A stretch of DNA of 63,996 nt, counting the filler, from Basidioascus undulatus (lineage: Eukaryota), in the NCBI GenBank assembly GCA_000826855.1. It is 4 parts of 4 records of this genome, joined end to end, with 100 filler letters (N's around TTAATTAATTAA, not from the genome) between each part and the next. Parts side by side here need not be neighbours in the genome. Positions count along the whole stretch, not along the records: positions 32,828 to 49,106 come from JTLS01000594.1; positions 49,207 to 63,996 come from JTLS01000696.1; 2 more parts are not named here. The stretch is one strand, 5' to 3'. Position 1 is the stretch's first letter. Each line of letters begins with the position of its first letter. The translations under genes were made by a program, and so were the position numbers. Below are positions 39,201 through 52,399 of the stretch, piece by piece. The notes beneath the pieces were generated by a model. The model was given only the letters and a program-made list of their open reading frames with translations. It was not told where the DNA came from and made no database searches.

Positions 39201-40775
39201 CGAGCGTCAGCATAGGAACGCAGTCCGCCAGATTCAAGCTCAAAATACGCACTTGACGAAGCTCCATCTGCCCTCACACACCTAGTCAGTTGAACGCTTC
39301 TTGGAAAAGCACAAAAGATCGACCCACCCGTTGACGTCAATCACGCAGCTCTTGCCGCCGTAGCGCAGGAGGTCGAACCCGCAGATATTCTGCTTGAACG
39401 CCTTGCAGATGTCGGTCGCGAAGCGCTTCTCCTGGTCGTTGAGCTCGGTGATGTAGCGGATCTCCTTGCCGTCCTTGTTGCGCCGGACGAGGCCGTCGAC
39501 GACGGGCGACTTGCGCGTCTCGGCGTGCACGAAGGACGGACCGATGGTGTAGATCTTTGTCGCCGCACCAGGCGCGAGTGTCAGGTATGTATCGAAGGAG
39601 AGGGGGGATATGACAAAGAAGATACCTTGATGTCCTCGGCTAACGTTCGTCAGGCTGTGTCAGAGATGCGCAGTGGGGAAAGTGGGAAGAATGGCAAGGC
39701 ACCGTTGTCTGCGGAACGCGAGTATGTCAGCTCCAAAGAGCTTCACATGATGGCAAGGACTTGCCAACATTAATAAACTTCTCGTAGATGTACGAGCCGT
39801 CCATCCGCGGCTCGCTCAGCTCGGGGTAGAACTCGGACGACTTGTTTCCGACCTGAAGGCACGCAATGTGAAGTGATAACCCAGAAATGAATTGACAGTT
39901 CCTCCAACCGCCAGCATCCAGACCCGCAGACGTACCTTCCTGAACAGCTTCCTCACTCCTCCGCCCTGGTCCTTCCGGAAGTAGATGTGAATGTTGTGGT
40001 CCTCCCCGCTGACCGGCTTCTCCACGAAGGGCTTCTCGATGACGCGCCCATCGACGATGATCGCGTCCCCGTCCTCGCGGAGCCGGACATCCGGGATCCG
40101 ATTAGACTTGTGGAAGGAGACGCCCAGCTCGCGGTGCAGCTCGTCCGCGAGGACGGAGTCGACCTCGGGCCCGCCATCCCGGTCGACCGAGATGCGCTCG
40201 GCAGTCGTCACGCCGATGGCGTCCAGGACCGCCAGGACCGCGCGCCGGTCCCAAAGGATCTTTTGCATCTGTGAAGCGAGCAAATTGGTTCAGGGATGGT
40301 GGAGCTGATCGGTCGTAGAGAGAAGACGGACCCTGAGGTCGTTGATGCAGACGGGTTTCCGCAGGCGGACATAGTCGATCGCCTTGTCGAGCGGGAAGCC
40401 GTCGGAGAAGAAAGAGATGAGGTAGTCACAGAGCGGCCAGTTCTCGACGTCTGCGAGGGATCCGGGTCACAAATGACAGTGCAAGAGAAACGATCGGTGT
40501 GCTCACCCTCGTCCAGGATGACCTTGTCTCCGAACACGATGATCTAACATTCCAGCTCCGAAATCAACAGCGAACCTGGCAACCGCAAATGATCGTCTCA
40601 TACATCAATGTTGCTGATCTTCATGATCCTGTTCAAAATAGACCGCATGGGCTTGGACCGCGCTGCGCCGAGGTTCACCTTCGCATCAGCTTGTCGCCCT
40701 CCGAGGGCTCTGAAACTGACCCTTTCGGTCCAGCGCGCATACGCCCAGCGTCAACCGATCCAATCGTTGGTCCAT
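36261..40775 (-). CDS. VIP1: Vip1/Asp1 (PPIP5K) inositol pyrophosphate kinase/phosphatase
   Basis: [64 protein letters not shown], phosphatase RHADRTPKQK, KWGGE, SSERRV, PELDY. Start codon inferred. Confidence 0.95.
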
Positions 40776-42365
40776 CCCTGCTGCGCTACGAGACGTGAGA
40801 TGGTGGTGCTGGGCGAAGCCGGAAGGAAGGCCAGACCCCCGAGGGACGCGCCTTTTTCCCACGCCCTGTCCGCGCTGCCACCGTGGATGGTCCGTCAAGG
40901 ACGTCAAGGAAGCGGACTGAGGAAGTCGAGCATGCCTGGTTGAGTCGCGATGGTCAGCGGAAGGTCGGTGGGCCAGGGGAGGCGGAATGTACCGTCACGA
41001 ATGAGCAGGTTGGTCAATACCAGTGCTCTCGAGGCGTCTCCGCATCCAGCGCAGACGCCCGGCGGAAAGGAAGTGGACGATAAGGTCGACGACTGCGGCG
41101 AACGTCTGGTTCTTCAGTTTGATGCCAGAGGCGTAGGGCTACTCATGATGGTTAGTACGTATTCCGAGAGAAAGAAGAACGGGTTGTTGAGTGTTCAGAT
41201 TGGAGGGAGAATGTGAGCGGCCGAGTGCGTACGTTCGCGGAGAACCACTTCTCGACTTGCATCACTACGCAGCCCTGGCCGTCCATCCACACCGTGTCGG
41301 CGCAGACGGTGCCTGGTGGGGAAAAGGCAGTTAAGGCGTGATCTCTTTGGTTTTTGGGGCAGTTCCACTTAGTTAAGTGGAGGGCACGCACTGTGAGACC
41401 AGGTCGCGAATTGTCCCAGATTCAGGACTACGAGGAAGCCGTCGATGTAGCGGTTGCGTTGCCCTGTCCGGTAGATGACCGGTACTCCCGTGAGATGCGA
41501 TTCACTCGTGTCCCTCTTTATGTAAGCTTACAGATTGCCGGGACACATGGACGTCCGTACACTGTCAGTGCATGGGCGTGCGAGGGGGATCCACCGAGGT
41601 GCGGATCATCAGCAGCGCTGATGCGGCGTTGCAGTTGATGTGGGTCTCAGAGTCGTACAGGACGTTTCTTCAAGTAGAGCATTCAGTTGTACCAGACAAC
41701 GCACAAATAGCACCTGGGGAACGATGACGAGACGTAACTTAACCGAAGATGTAGCTCCCGCAGACGAAGTACCGCGCCAGCAATCATCGGGAGGCGGGAT
41801 GGTCGCTCACGCGTGATGAACACTCTCCACTCTACATCCCTGTGGGAGGGTAAACGTTTCCATGCTTCGAATCCTCAGAGCAGAGACAGAACGGACCCGT
41901 CCCTCTCTTTCTGCTGGACGACACGAAAGCACTCACAGCGTCACGAGGAACTCTCAAAATCACATTCGCATGTGAGAGAACTGATGTACTCCAATGTATA
42001 CTCAGCATATGCTACCATCTTCAGTTATGAACACGAGACGCACCCCGAAAGGAAGACTTCCAAGTCCTTCTGTAGCTCCGCGCCCGAGTTCCAGTCCTTG
42101 CCCATCCTCGACCGTCTGCTCCCGGCCCCATAAAACAATCAGATAGGTTTCTTATCACTGAATGGAGAGCTGGAGGCCCACGCAATTGCAGATTGCCTCC
42201 ACTGCAGCGCCGTGCCTTGCGCTGTAGTGCCTGCAGACGAGCGCCGACGGAAAGGTTGCGGACCGCGCATCAAATCTTTTGGGCCGTCTCCCCGTTCCAA
42301 TGCCATGATCCCTGAGATTCCATTTGGCGGTTGATTCCCCATCCCCTCCATCTGGCCCAGCCACG

Positions 42366-44553
42366 ATGCCGTTCTCTCTCCCCGACGTCGCAGCGGCGTA
42401 CAGCCCCTCGTTCATTCACGCTGTTTACTTTGCGGTAGCAGTCGCATGTGCGGCTTACTTCACTACCACACTTTACCATCTCTACCTTTCCCCGCTCGCT
42501 TCGATCCCCGGGCCCAGGGTCGCCGTTATCGTCCCCTGGTGGTCGACGATCAAGTGGGTCCAGGGGGACCTGACGCCGACGATCCAGCGCTTTCACGCCC
42601 GCACGGGCGCTACGCTCATTCGTATTGGAAGGAATGAGGTTGCAGCTTGGGGAGTCAAGGGTGCGTTCCTTTCCATCCTGCCCTGCTTGCGTGCTGGCTG
42701 CCATCGGGCTTCTGTTTCATGCAGCGTACAGGGAGATCTATGTCGAGAAGCGCTTCTTGAAGGAGGGGGCCTTCTATCAGGCCATGGACGGGTTCGACCT
42801 GGGGGCAGAGGCGCACAGCGTGTTCACTATGAGGTTCGTGCCAAGTGTCCCTCACTCTTCTCTATCATCAGCCTCTGCGATGACTGACGCTTTGCGTCTC
42901 CAGCGACCCCGCGCAACACCGCCACCGGCGCCAGATCCTCTCCCCGCTCTTCTCCCGACAGTCGGTCCTCAAGCTCGAGGGCCTCATCCACGAGAAGGTC
43001 GAGCTTCTCGCCTCCAACGTCGAAAAGCACGTCAAGACGTTCGGGTCTGTCAACATCCTGCTCGCTATTCGGGCGACTACGCTCGATATCATCTGTGCGC
43101 TACGCTATCTTTAGATCTCGGTACAAACCCATACTTACAGCTTGGGATTGCACACAACAGCCGTCCTGGGCTTCGGCCAGGCCCTCGGCGCGCTCGAGTA
43201 CCCCGAGTTCAAGCACCCCTTCCTCCTCGCCTTCACCAACGGTACACCTGCCTTTTCAAACAGTGGTAAAGCAGACTGGTGTGCTGATTCTTCCGTGGGT
43301 GCAGGCTTCCCGGCGCTCATGGCCCGCGTCAGCTGGCCCAAGCTCGTCGACAGCGTCCGCTTTCTCCCCGACGCGCTCGTGCCCACGGCAGCGAAGGACA
43401 TGGGGCGGCTCATGAAGGTGCATGAACCCGTTACAGCTCTGGATCACCGATAGAAGTCTGGCTGAAACAACTGGTGCACTATCGAAAGGTCATCTCCAAC
43501 TCGCTCAAAACCCACCTCGACTCGCGCTGCTCAACGTCGCCGTACCCCATCGTGTTCGCCAACCTCCTTGAATCGAGCCCGCGGCCGTCCGACGCTGCCA
43601 TCGAGGCCGAGGCGTTTGACTTCCTCGGCGCTGGTTCGTGCGCTTTTCAACAGTCCCAACCTAATTGTACAGCTGACTTGAACTCTTGGGGCAATCTTGT
43701 TAGGCGCCGACACAGCCGCCCACACCTGCACTGCCGCAGTGTACCACATCACTTCAAACCCGTCCATTGGGTCCCGGCTTCTGGAGGAGCTCCGCAGTTT
43801 CATCTCCAGCCCGGAGGAGAAGCCTTCGCTCCAAGTGCTCGAGAAGCTGCCTTACCTCACTGTGTGCCCCCTCTTTTCCTTCCCCTCGTTCATCTTTATC
43901 CCCTTGCCTAATGAACACTCCCTCCCCCGGACCCGCAGGCCTGTGTCAAAGAGGCCCTTCGCATCGCCGTCCCCGTGGGCGGCGTCAAGCCGCGTCTCGT
44001 CCCCGAAGACGGGTGGCACTTTGACGGCATGCACCTCCCAGCGGGGACGGTCGTTGGTGGCCTGGCGGTGTCCGTCAACCGCGATGAGGCGATTTTCCCT
44101 GAGCCGCTTGGTCCGTCTCTCTCCTCGCCCCCAACCAGTCACGATTTCTTCCAGGGACCGTACTGATGCCAGCGTTGTCTCCCGCCGGATCCGGCGACAG
44201 CCTTCAAGCCCGAGCGCTGGCTTGACGCACAGGGCAAGTTCGACAACACGCTCGACGCGTACCTCATGACCTTCTCTAAGGGTCCCCGTCAATGCCTTGG
44301 CATCAAGTACGTTTTGTGCCGCGTGTCGAGTCTTGCACATTCTCCTCTCCTCGCGTACTGATGACCCGGGGGGCTCCTCATCCGCAGCCTCGCTCACGCC
44401 GAGGTCTACTTGATCGTCGCGTCTCTCATCCGGCGCTTCGAGTTCACAGTCCACCACAGCATGACGCTCGACGACATGTCCACACGCGGGCGCAACTTCT
44501 TTACGGCGATGCCGGCGCGTTGCGAGATGCTGGTCAAGAAGCGGGACTTCTAG
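42366..44553 (+). CDS. Cytochrome P450 monooxygenase
   Basis: N-terminal TM plus PLASIPGP, I-helix FLGAGADT, EALR (ExxR), FKPERW, heme motif FSKGPRQCLG; stop TAG 44551-44553. Confidence 0.95.
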
Positions 44554-44883
44554 ACTGATTGCTTTTTCCTCCTTTTTTCTTTCTCTTTTGGGACCTTTGG
44601 TTGGGTGTGATACCTTGAAATGCGGTATGCGTGCTGGGTCTGTTGTGCGGGTTGTGTGGGTATTGTTCGCGCAGACTGGTGGCCGATTGCCGTCTGTTTT
44701 TATGGCTTGCCTCGACTGTCGGATAGCCATAAGGAGAGTGGTGATTGATGGCGCTAGATCTCAGCCGCATAAGCTTTTAGCTCTGAATACGTTTTTCGGG
44801 GGTTATTGTATAGGGTGGTGACATAACAGTATTTTACTGCTTTTTTGTGCATAGCAATTGCAGTCTGAGGACTCTCCGTTATC

Positions 44884-44955
44884 TCCTCGTTGGTGTAGTG
44901 GCTAACATCGGGTGTTCTCACCGCCCAGCCCCGGGTTCAATTCCCGGACGGGGAA
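44884..44955 (+). tRNA. tRNA-Glu(CTC), intronless
   Basis: Same as the other two copies except T-loop TTCAATT; T5 tract downstream. Confidence 0.96.
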
Positions 44956-45259
44956 AAGCATACTTTTTGTCTGCATTGTTTATCCAAGGTTACCCATCCA
45001 ACGACGACGAATCAGTCCCGCCACCAGAACACACCGTCGCGCAGTTTGTGCTTGTTCTCCACATAGTTATCTATACTGCGTCTCAGCTTCCTTAAGAAGG
45101 CCCCATGTGATACTCAGGAGTGAGAGCGTTCTCGTGCGACTGTGTTCATTGTAGGTAGAAACTCGGGCAGACCCTGACACAGGTTAATGCATTCTTCATT
45201 GTGCACTTTTCCACTCATGCAATACCCAAAAGACAAAACACCCAGCGTCCCAAGAATAT

Positions 45260-46813
45260 CTACTTATTCGCAGTGCTGGCGAGGACGATGTCGCAGCTGT
45301 CCCATCCTTACAGTCAGGCACCTCGACTGAGCTGGCAGGAAAGCCAGAAGACGTACTGGACCTCGTACTCCGCCTTCGGGTCCTGGCCCTTCGGCAGGGG
45401 CTTGAACTCGATGACCTGCGGACGGCGTATCAGTAACGGGGTGATGGTGGGATAGAGTGAGAGTGAGAAAGAGTGAAGCGCACGAGCGAGTCCTTAACGG
45501 AGAAGGTGGCGTCGTCGTCGAGGTACTTGGATGTGGAGTCGAAGAGCTGGGTAACGAGGCTGTGATGGCCCTCGGCGTAAACGTAGAAGTCTGGCAGGCG
45601 TCCACTTGGTCAGATTTCGAGAAAAGTGGGAAGTGGTGGATGAGGGTGGAAAGCGCACGGATGTGAGCAGGGCGGTACGGGTGGCGGTCGAGCATCTGCA
45701 GAATCTTGCCGGCAGAGTGGTCGAAGGGGATGGGGTACGGCGTCGGGCGCAGGCAGTACACAGCGTAGTTGCCCTCGTCGTCGGTCGTGAACCGGCCGCG
45801 GTAGTTCCACTGGCGAGCGAAGCAGGCACTGCCAGTTGGCCTTGGATTTTTTGGATAAGTGGAACTGTTCGGGATGCGCGCACCTCGGGCTGGTCAGGGT
45901 CCTGCTGCTCGTACAGGCCGTTGGGCTGTGGGACCACGCGTCAGTCACGTCTTTGAAGTGGGAAGAAGACGCTCAACGACAGGAACTCACGCCGCCTGCA
46001 ATCAAGAGATAAGTTTCATGAGCGTTCAGGAAATCAGACACAGGATGAAGAAGCCTTGGACTCACAGTGCCATATGTCGACGGTCGCGCCCTTAATCGGC
46101 TTACCCGTCTCGTCCGTGACGCGGCCAGATAGGTGGGCGTACTGGCTGCCCTCGAGGTGCTTGAGGACAATGCTCTCGCCGTTCTTGCGCTTGGGCGCGT
46201 TGTCGCGGTAGAACGGCCCGAGGATCGCGCTGTCCGTCGCGGACCCGACCGTGCTCTCCTCCGTCGTCTTGTCGTTCGCTGCGTTCGCCTTCGTGTTGCG
46301 CTCGTGCTGCAGAGAGTCCACGAGCGACTCGAGCCCGAAGATGTCCGAGACGAGGATCATCTCGTTTCGCCGGTCGTTGGACACTGGGGGACAGGACATG
46401 ACATGCCAGAGGGAATGTCAGTGGGGGATGAGGGGAAAGCGCGGGCAGGGGACGCTGCGCACCTTGGCCAGCCTCGATGAGCAGGTCGCACGCAGCCAAC
46501 CACTCGGGGATGGTCAAGTCAACATCGCCTGTCAAAGAATCAAGTGTTCAGGAAGATCTATTTAGTATACCGGTCATGGAAAGACTTACGAGCGAAGGCG
46601 TGCAAGTGCTTCACGAGGCTGGAGACGATCTCCTTCGCGCGGGGAGACGCCTTGGGCTGTAGGAAGAGCCACACGCGGCGTAAGCAATCATGTCTCCACG
46701 AAACCAATATTTCCGAGATCCCCTTCACGGTATATCGCTCAGAAGAAGGAAGTACTCACGCCAGTGGCATCAATGACGGACTGTGCGAACTCGTCGATCT
46801 TGGTGTCGGCCAT
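45260..46813 (-). CDS. Intradiol ring-cleavage dioxygenase, catechol 1,2-dioxygenase-like
   Basis: SLVKHLHAF, RNEMILVSDIFGLESLVD, SAILGPFYR, Fe ligands in GLYEQQD, PTPYPIP and RPAHI(H), LVTQLFD. Confidence 0.93.
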
Positions 46814-48868
46814 GGCGGTATAGGTGCGGGGTAGCGGGGGTATGGGGGTGGGGTATGTCCGGGCGGGGGCTCTTCCCTAAGAGAAAAACGGATATCACAC
46901 AGAGGGAGATGGGAAAGAAGGGGAAGGAGAAGAAGACGCAGGACGGCGAGCAATCAAGTAGAGAGTTGCACAGGTGGAGGTCGGCACACCTTGGACGCCG
47001 GGTGTGTCCCGTGTGCGGCGCCCAGGTCGCGGGGCGGGCACCGTGCGGAGAATGCAGCCCTTGAACGCTTCGGATTCTCCAATACAAACGACGCTATTGG
47101 GCTTGGAAACAAGTTATATTGCGGTGTAATAGCCGGAAGCCTGAACTTTACAATATCCGAGTGTTGCCGGCTCGCCAGGCCACGTGGATCCGCTCATCGG
47201 TCAGCGCGAGCGCCTTGATGAGAGCCGCCACACGTAAATCCCAGGCGCTGCTTGGTGTGCAAGCAGGCGCAACCAGCAGGGACTTCGTAACGACTGCAAC
47301 GTCCTCGGCAGGCCGTCGGGACTGTGCGGAAAAATGTTCTGGAGCGAGCAGCTGCGAAGGGTAATGTCAAATGTGCAATAACGCGAATCACGTCTGAGGG
47401 ATTCGCGTCATGCAGGAGTGGCCACTGCGCCATCCGTGTTCTCCTCGGGCCGAAGACCTCAGCGATACGAAGCAAAGCCGATCTCTGCTCGGGTGAGGAA
47501 CCGTCAGGAATGCAAGGCGCACGGAGGCAGAGGGAGCTGGTAAATCCGTGGTTTAGTGGACACGGACATGGGCACGGAAGACACGGCCACGGTTACCTCG
47601 CTGAGTGTACTGCAAATTGCTCCCAGCCTCTAGCGCTCGGCAGATAGAGGCTTTATGATACATGCTCAATAACGCGTATATAACGGAAGTGTTTGCATGC
47701 TACAATCGACTGGCTTGTGCCCGATCTTAACTGAATAAGACGATATGGACTGGCTGCCTAAATATTACTGTACAAGCGGTTGCATGGAAGCTCAGCAAGG
47801 CTTGCGTGCGAGAAATCTTGACATATTGTTCTGACTACGAGGCATAAAAGCCACAACAAGGCAAATGTTATATATATATAAATATAGACCCGTTGTGAAG
47901 AGATATGTCTAGAAGTCAACTTAGGGTGCGTCACCCCACGGCCGTGCTCGATTCAAAATTCAGAGATACAGAGCACCAGTTGAGATATTATTTTTACGGT
48001 GTACCTCAAAAGCGCTTCCAGTCCTCGGGGAGGGGAATGGCCCGCAACCGCCTACTAGCCTCGGAGGGCAATTGTCGTACGCTTACCCAACCCGACGATG
48101 CTTATACTGGAATTGGAGCACGCCTTCTTGGCGAAATCACAGAGAGAATGTCCCTAGCAAACGGTCCAACGCCGTAGTACCGGATGCGGCACTGCGGGTC
48201 AGACAGGCACCGCAGGGAGGAATTGAGCAAACAGGCAAAGGACGCGCAGAGCGACCAAACAGCTTTGTCAACCACGAACATAGTTTTGAATATGGATAGA
48301 GCACAAGCCACGGTATCCTCTGAGTAAGGAAAATAGAAAACACAAAACAGTTGAATGTTGGAGGTTCGCAATGACTTTGAACGACCACGGCACATGTTGC
48401 AGCGCGAGAGGACCGACCGACTTAGCACAGCACTGTGGAACTGCCCGAAAGGGCGTTTGAGCAGAGGAAATATGAGCAGCATGGGAACACAGTTGTCAGA
48501 AGTCATTTTCGGTGGGAGGGCGATCGTCAGTTCAAAGAGCAGCCCAGGAAGTAGAAGCAATGCCTCGCGACGAAGATTGCATGCGACAAACCCATCGACT
48601 GGGAATGCAGAAAGCTGACCTTGCCACCCTTTTGTTGATAACTGGGAAGGTCATTGAATGCTATCGACCTCACGTGTCGAGCAAAGAGCTGTTTAGCAAG
48701 CAAGCCGTGGCACGCAAAACGCAGAGGCATGTTAATCACAACGCGTGATTAAGAAACCAAGCCTTCAGGCAAATGCATCCAGAGAACGCCTCAAATATAA
48801 GTGTACGAACATGCAGGGTAACAAATGCAATCACACAAGATCCGCGCACCACAGCGTCCCTCAATAGC

Positions 48869-49106
48869 TCAGCCCAGCTTCTCCTTCTTCGCCGCCGGCC
48901 CACCTTCGCCCTCGCCCGCTTCCTCCCTCGCCCGCTTCTCCTTCTCCTTCTGCTGTGCAGCCTGCTGCGCCGCCGCGGCCTGCAGGACGCCTCCGAGGCC
49001 TGCGTTCTGCAGCCACTCGAGGAGGACCTGGGGGCTGAGCGGGGGTGCGCCGCCCGCAGCGGGGCGGGACGCGGCGGCGGCGATGAGCGCGAGGGCGAGG
49101 GAAGGG
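48869..49106 (-). CDS. 3' end of a hypothetical protein (5' lost at contig edge)
   Basis: Open frame ...LSPQVLLEWLQNAGLGGVLQAAAAQQAAQQKEKEKRAREEAGEGEGGPAAKKEKLG* with GC3-rich codons and an NLS-like tail. Confidence 0.5.
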
Positions 49107-49206
49107 NNNNNNNNNNNNNNNNNNNNNNNNNNNNNNNNNNNNNNNNNNNNTTAATTAATTAANNNNNNNNNNNNNNNNNNNNNNNNNNNNNNNNNNNNNN
49201 NNNNNN
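49107..49206. other. Artificial contig spacer N44-TTAATTAATTAA-N44
   Basis: Same linker at 49151-49162. Confidence 0.98.
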
Positions 49207-49533
49207 GTAACCCCAGTAGTCAGTATTTTGCGGATCCCAAACACCCTTCCCGGCCCGCCTGGCCCAGGCGGCTACCCGCGCGTGCACCCGCACGCCCCCA
49301 CGCCGCCAGGGCACCATGCTCCGCACCCGCATGCCCCCCATCCGCATGCACACGGGCCGCCGCCCCCGGGATCCCAATACGGCCCGCCTCGGAGCAACTC
49401 TGCCCCGTACCCGCCTAACGGCGGAGGGTACCCCCGTGGAGGTGGGCCCCCGCCCCCGCCGAATGGGTACCCCCGTGGCGCGCCCCCGCCTAATGCCGGG
49501 TACCCCGCTGGCGGGCCTGGCAGGCGGATCTGA
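49207..49533 (+). CDS. 3' end of a Pro/Gly/His/Tyr-rich protein (5' lost at contig edge)
   Basis: PGPPGPGGYPR...HAPHPHAPHPH...GYPRGGGPPPPPNGYPRG...RRI*, followed by a pyrimidine-rich UTR-like stretch. Confidence 0.5.
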   Translation, partial: VTPVVSILRIPNTLPGPPGPGGYPRVHPHAPTPPGHHAPHPHAPHPHAHGPPPPGSQYGPPRSNSAPYPPNGGGYPRGGGPPPPPNGYPRGAPPPNAGYPAGGPGRRI

Positions 49534-52399
49534 AGCGTGAGGCTGGCTGGAGCGAGGCTGGAAGGGTGGGGGGGTTCTGCTTCTTTCTTTTGGGTGCCGC
49601 TTCTCTCGGGACTATGGACCGGACCGCCGCAGCGGGACTTCGGCGCGCGGCTCGATGTCGGCGTCGATGTCTCCGCACGCTGCTTATTTTCACCCCTTCT
49701 TGTATGCCCTACCCCATCTACGCGCCTCGTCTTCGTTTGATCCTCGTGCTCTTTGCTTGTTCATCTCCTCTCCCTCGTTGAAGTCCTCTTTCTATGCTGC
49801 GCTATGATACTGTTTCGTTACTCGTCCTTGCTTGTATCAATTGACGCTTCTCGCTTTTCATATCACTGCGCGTAGCTTGGTCGCTTCTCTGTTCCAGCCC
49901 TGCAGTCGGGAATAAGGTGAGGGTCCAGTGAGGGGCTTCTCTTCCGGGGGAGGGTTCGAGGGGTGGTGTGGAAGCACAAGACCGTGAGACCAGAGGTGCG
50001 ACATGAGGATGAGGGTCTGAAGAATGGGGAGCGTGCGTTGATCGGGGAAGGGGGAGGAGAGGGGAGGGGAAGGATGTGGGAGGAGTTGGTGAGTGGAAGT
50101 CAGTCAGGTTTGCAGTCGGGCAGGTTCTTATTACTAAGGAGAACGAGTGGGTGGACAGTGGGTGGACAGACCGGTTCGCGGTTCGACAGTGTAGAGCATG
50201 TCCAGGCAGGATGTTTTGATGGCCTTCTTCTAGTCGTTGTCTGATCGGGCTGCTGAGATATACTTAACTTTCCAGCGCAACTATCTCTGAGTCAGTAAAG
50301 CATACAGTCTGCTATGCACAACGAGGGCTAGCACTTTGCTTTCGCTCGGACAAGTTCTGTGACACTGTACTGTTTGGCTTTTGGACTGCCAGGTTGCAGC
50401 GACAGTGGTAGCCCAATCGGACGAGACAACTGCTCGCATGTGTCGATGCGGCACCAAGGAAAGTGACTTTCCGCTGACTGAATACTGTGCCAAATTCATC
50501 TTATCTATGCAGATGTTATGCCGAATATAGTTCACATGCTGCCAGTGGAGCGGTGCGAGCCCTGGAGCTGCTCGCCCCGGAAAGCGTACAGTCTTTCTGC
50601 CAGTCCCAGAAGTACCATGCGTGTGTTCTTCGGCCCCGGGTCTCTTTGGGATGCTGAAACAGAAGGAAGGGATGCGCGCTGGGCCGTCCGGGCGTGGCGC
50701 TGTTCTTGCTCCATGCGGACAAGTTTATCCTCAGCGTTCCTATTATTTTTCCTGATGAAGAGGTGATGGACAGACTCAGAGTAAAGAAGAAGCTAGATTG
50801 GTGGAAGAAGTTGAAGGCGACAACCACAAGGAGTGGTGTTAGCTTCATCTCAGTGCATCCACCTGCAGGCTGTGTTTCGCTTGTTTTGGATAGATAGCTC
50901 GGTCCCAGCTATCTGCGCTCCTATCAGTCCTATGTGTTCTTGATTTATTTGCTACTGGACGATAAGGAAACCCGGATATCCCCCTTTGATGCGAGCTCAA
51001 GCCGGGAGACCGTCCACTGAGCGAGCTCGAAGTGGGGCGGGTCGAAGGTAACGACGCGGACGATACCGTGGAGCGCCTCGCGCGTGCAGTTTGCCAGCGT
51101 CGTGCAGCAGGTTGAGCGCGGCGCAAACGGCGGTCCAAAGTTGGTGGCTGCGCTGCGCTTTCCACGCGCGGAGCGCGTAGGATAGGTTGACGAACGAGGC
51201 GATCGTGAGGGAAGAGCGGAAGGACACGTTGAGCCGACAGCCGTGGGCCAATGCTCCCTCTGGCATGTCTGGTGACGGACTCGGGTTAGTAGATTTAGTC
51301 GACTGGGAGAAAGCTGGCATTGACCCGCCTGGGAACAGCAGGCGACTGTGTGGGGTGAAGCGGACATGATATCAAGGAATCATTCGAGTGGAAAAACAAG
51401 TAGGGGATCGAGGTGTTCGCCTTCCTTGCACTTCCCGCATACGCGGAAGCGTGGGCCCTCGGGCGGCGCCGACGTGTTGCACCGGTGGCATGTCCCGAAG
51501 GTGCGGGACGCGCTGCTGCTTTTGGGGAACTTTCGAGGGGGTTTGACGAGCATACGCACTTCTTATCGAACGTTCCACCGCGGGTTCCGCGGGTTCGCTA
51601 CTTCATATGTACCAGCGCCTATCCTAAACACTATGAGGTATGTACAGACCCCACAGCCGTCGCGCTAAGACGTGTGTGTATTTGAAGCGCTCGAGGGACA
51701 AAAAACCTATACGGTATTGTCCGTAGCTGTACGACCGGTCCACAAGTTCGCACAGCAGTGTCACGATTGCTTGCGCAAATGATAACGCCTGATGTTTCTG
51801 CAGTTTTTCAGGATCTGTCTAAGTATGTGCACGTCGACCGCGTCTGCGGCTGCTATGGGTACCGCACCCGCGGCACCACGCCTTTTACTGCTACCGCTGC
51901 GCTGCTAGTGATTCCTGCAACCTGCTTCCAAACTTCGGGTGGTCTCCCTTCTAGATGTCGATGGAGGAAGCCGCCTGCGATCACTCCGCTTTCTTTCTGG
52001 GTACCGCATCCGGAGGTCGTAACTTGTCAGAGCGAAAGCAAAGTGCTAGATAGTACTGGGGCGCCCGCCCCTGCCTGCGCGCAGGAAGTCCTACGAGAAC
52101 AAGCCATTCTGTATTGCTCTTTATATTCGATGAGGCAAAGCAGCTGCCGCTTTCCAAGGCCGGGCTGCGAAGGCAGGTCGACCGATTCTTGCAACGCTGT
52201 GAGCACCGTCGCTGACCGGCTGTGCGGTTCAAGGGAGGGTCGGCAAACAAGACACCAGGGTTTGGGTCGGTGTTGAAATGCGATTGATGGTGTGGTTCGA
52301 TACGAATGCAAGAATGCGAAAAGACGAAAAACAAAGAGAGCGTCGGGCCCTCGAAACAAGCATCCCACCCGACATGACCTGCTGCCCTGCCACCGCCGC

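Noticed and set aside
29722..46813. One large detoxification cluster (epoxide hydrolases plus P450 plus dioxygenase)
   Set aside because: It spans an artificial spacer and housekeeping genes; linkage is unsupported.
50500..51320. Short ORFs resembling fragments of F-box/LRR proteins
   Set aside because: Too weak and inconsistent in strand and frame to call.
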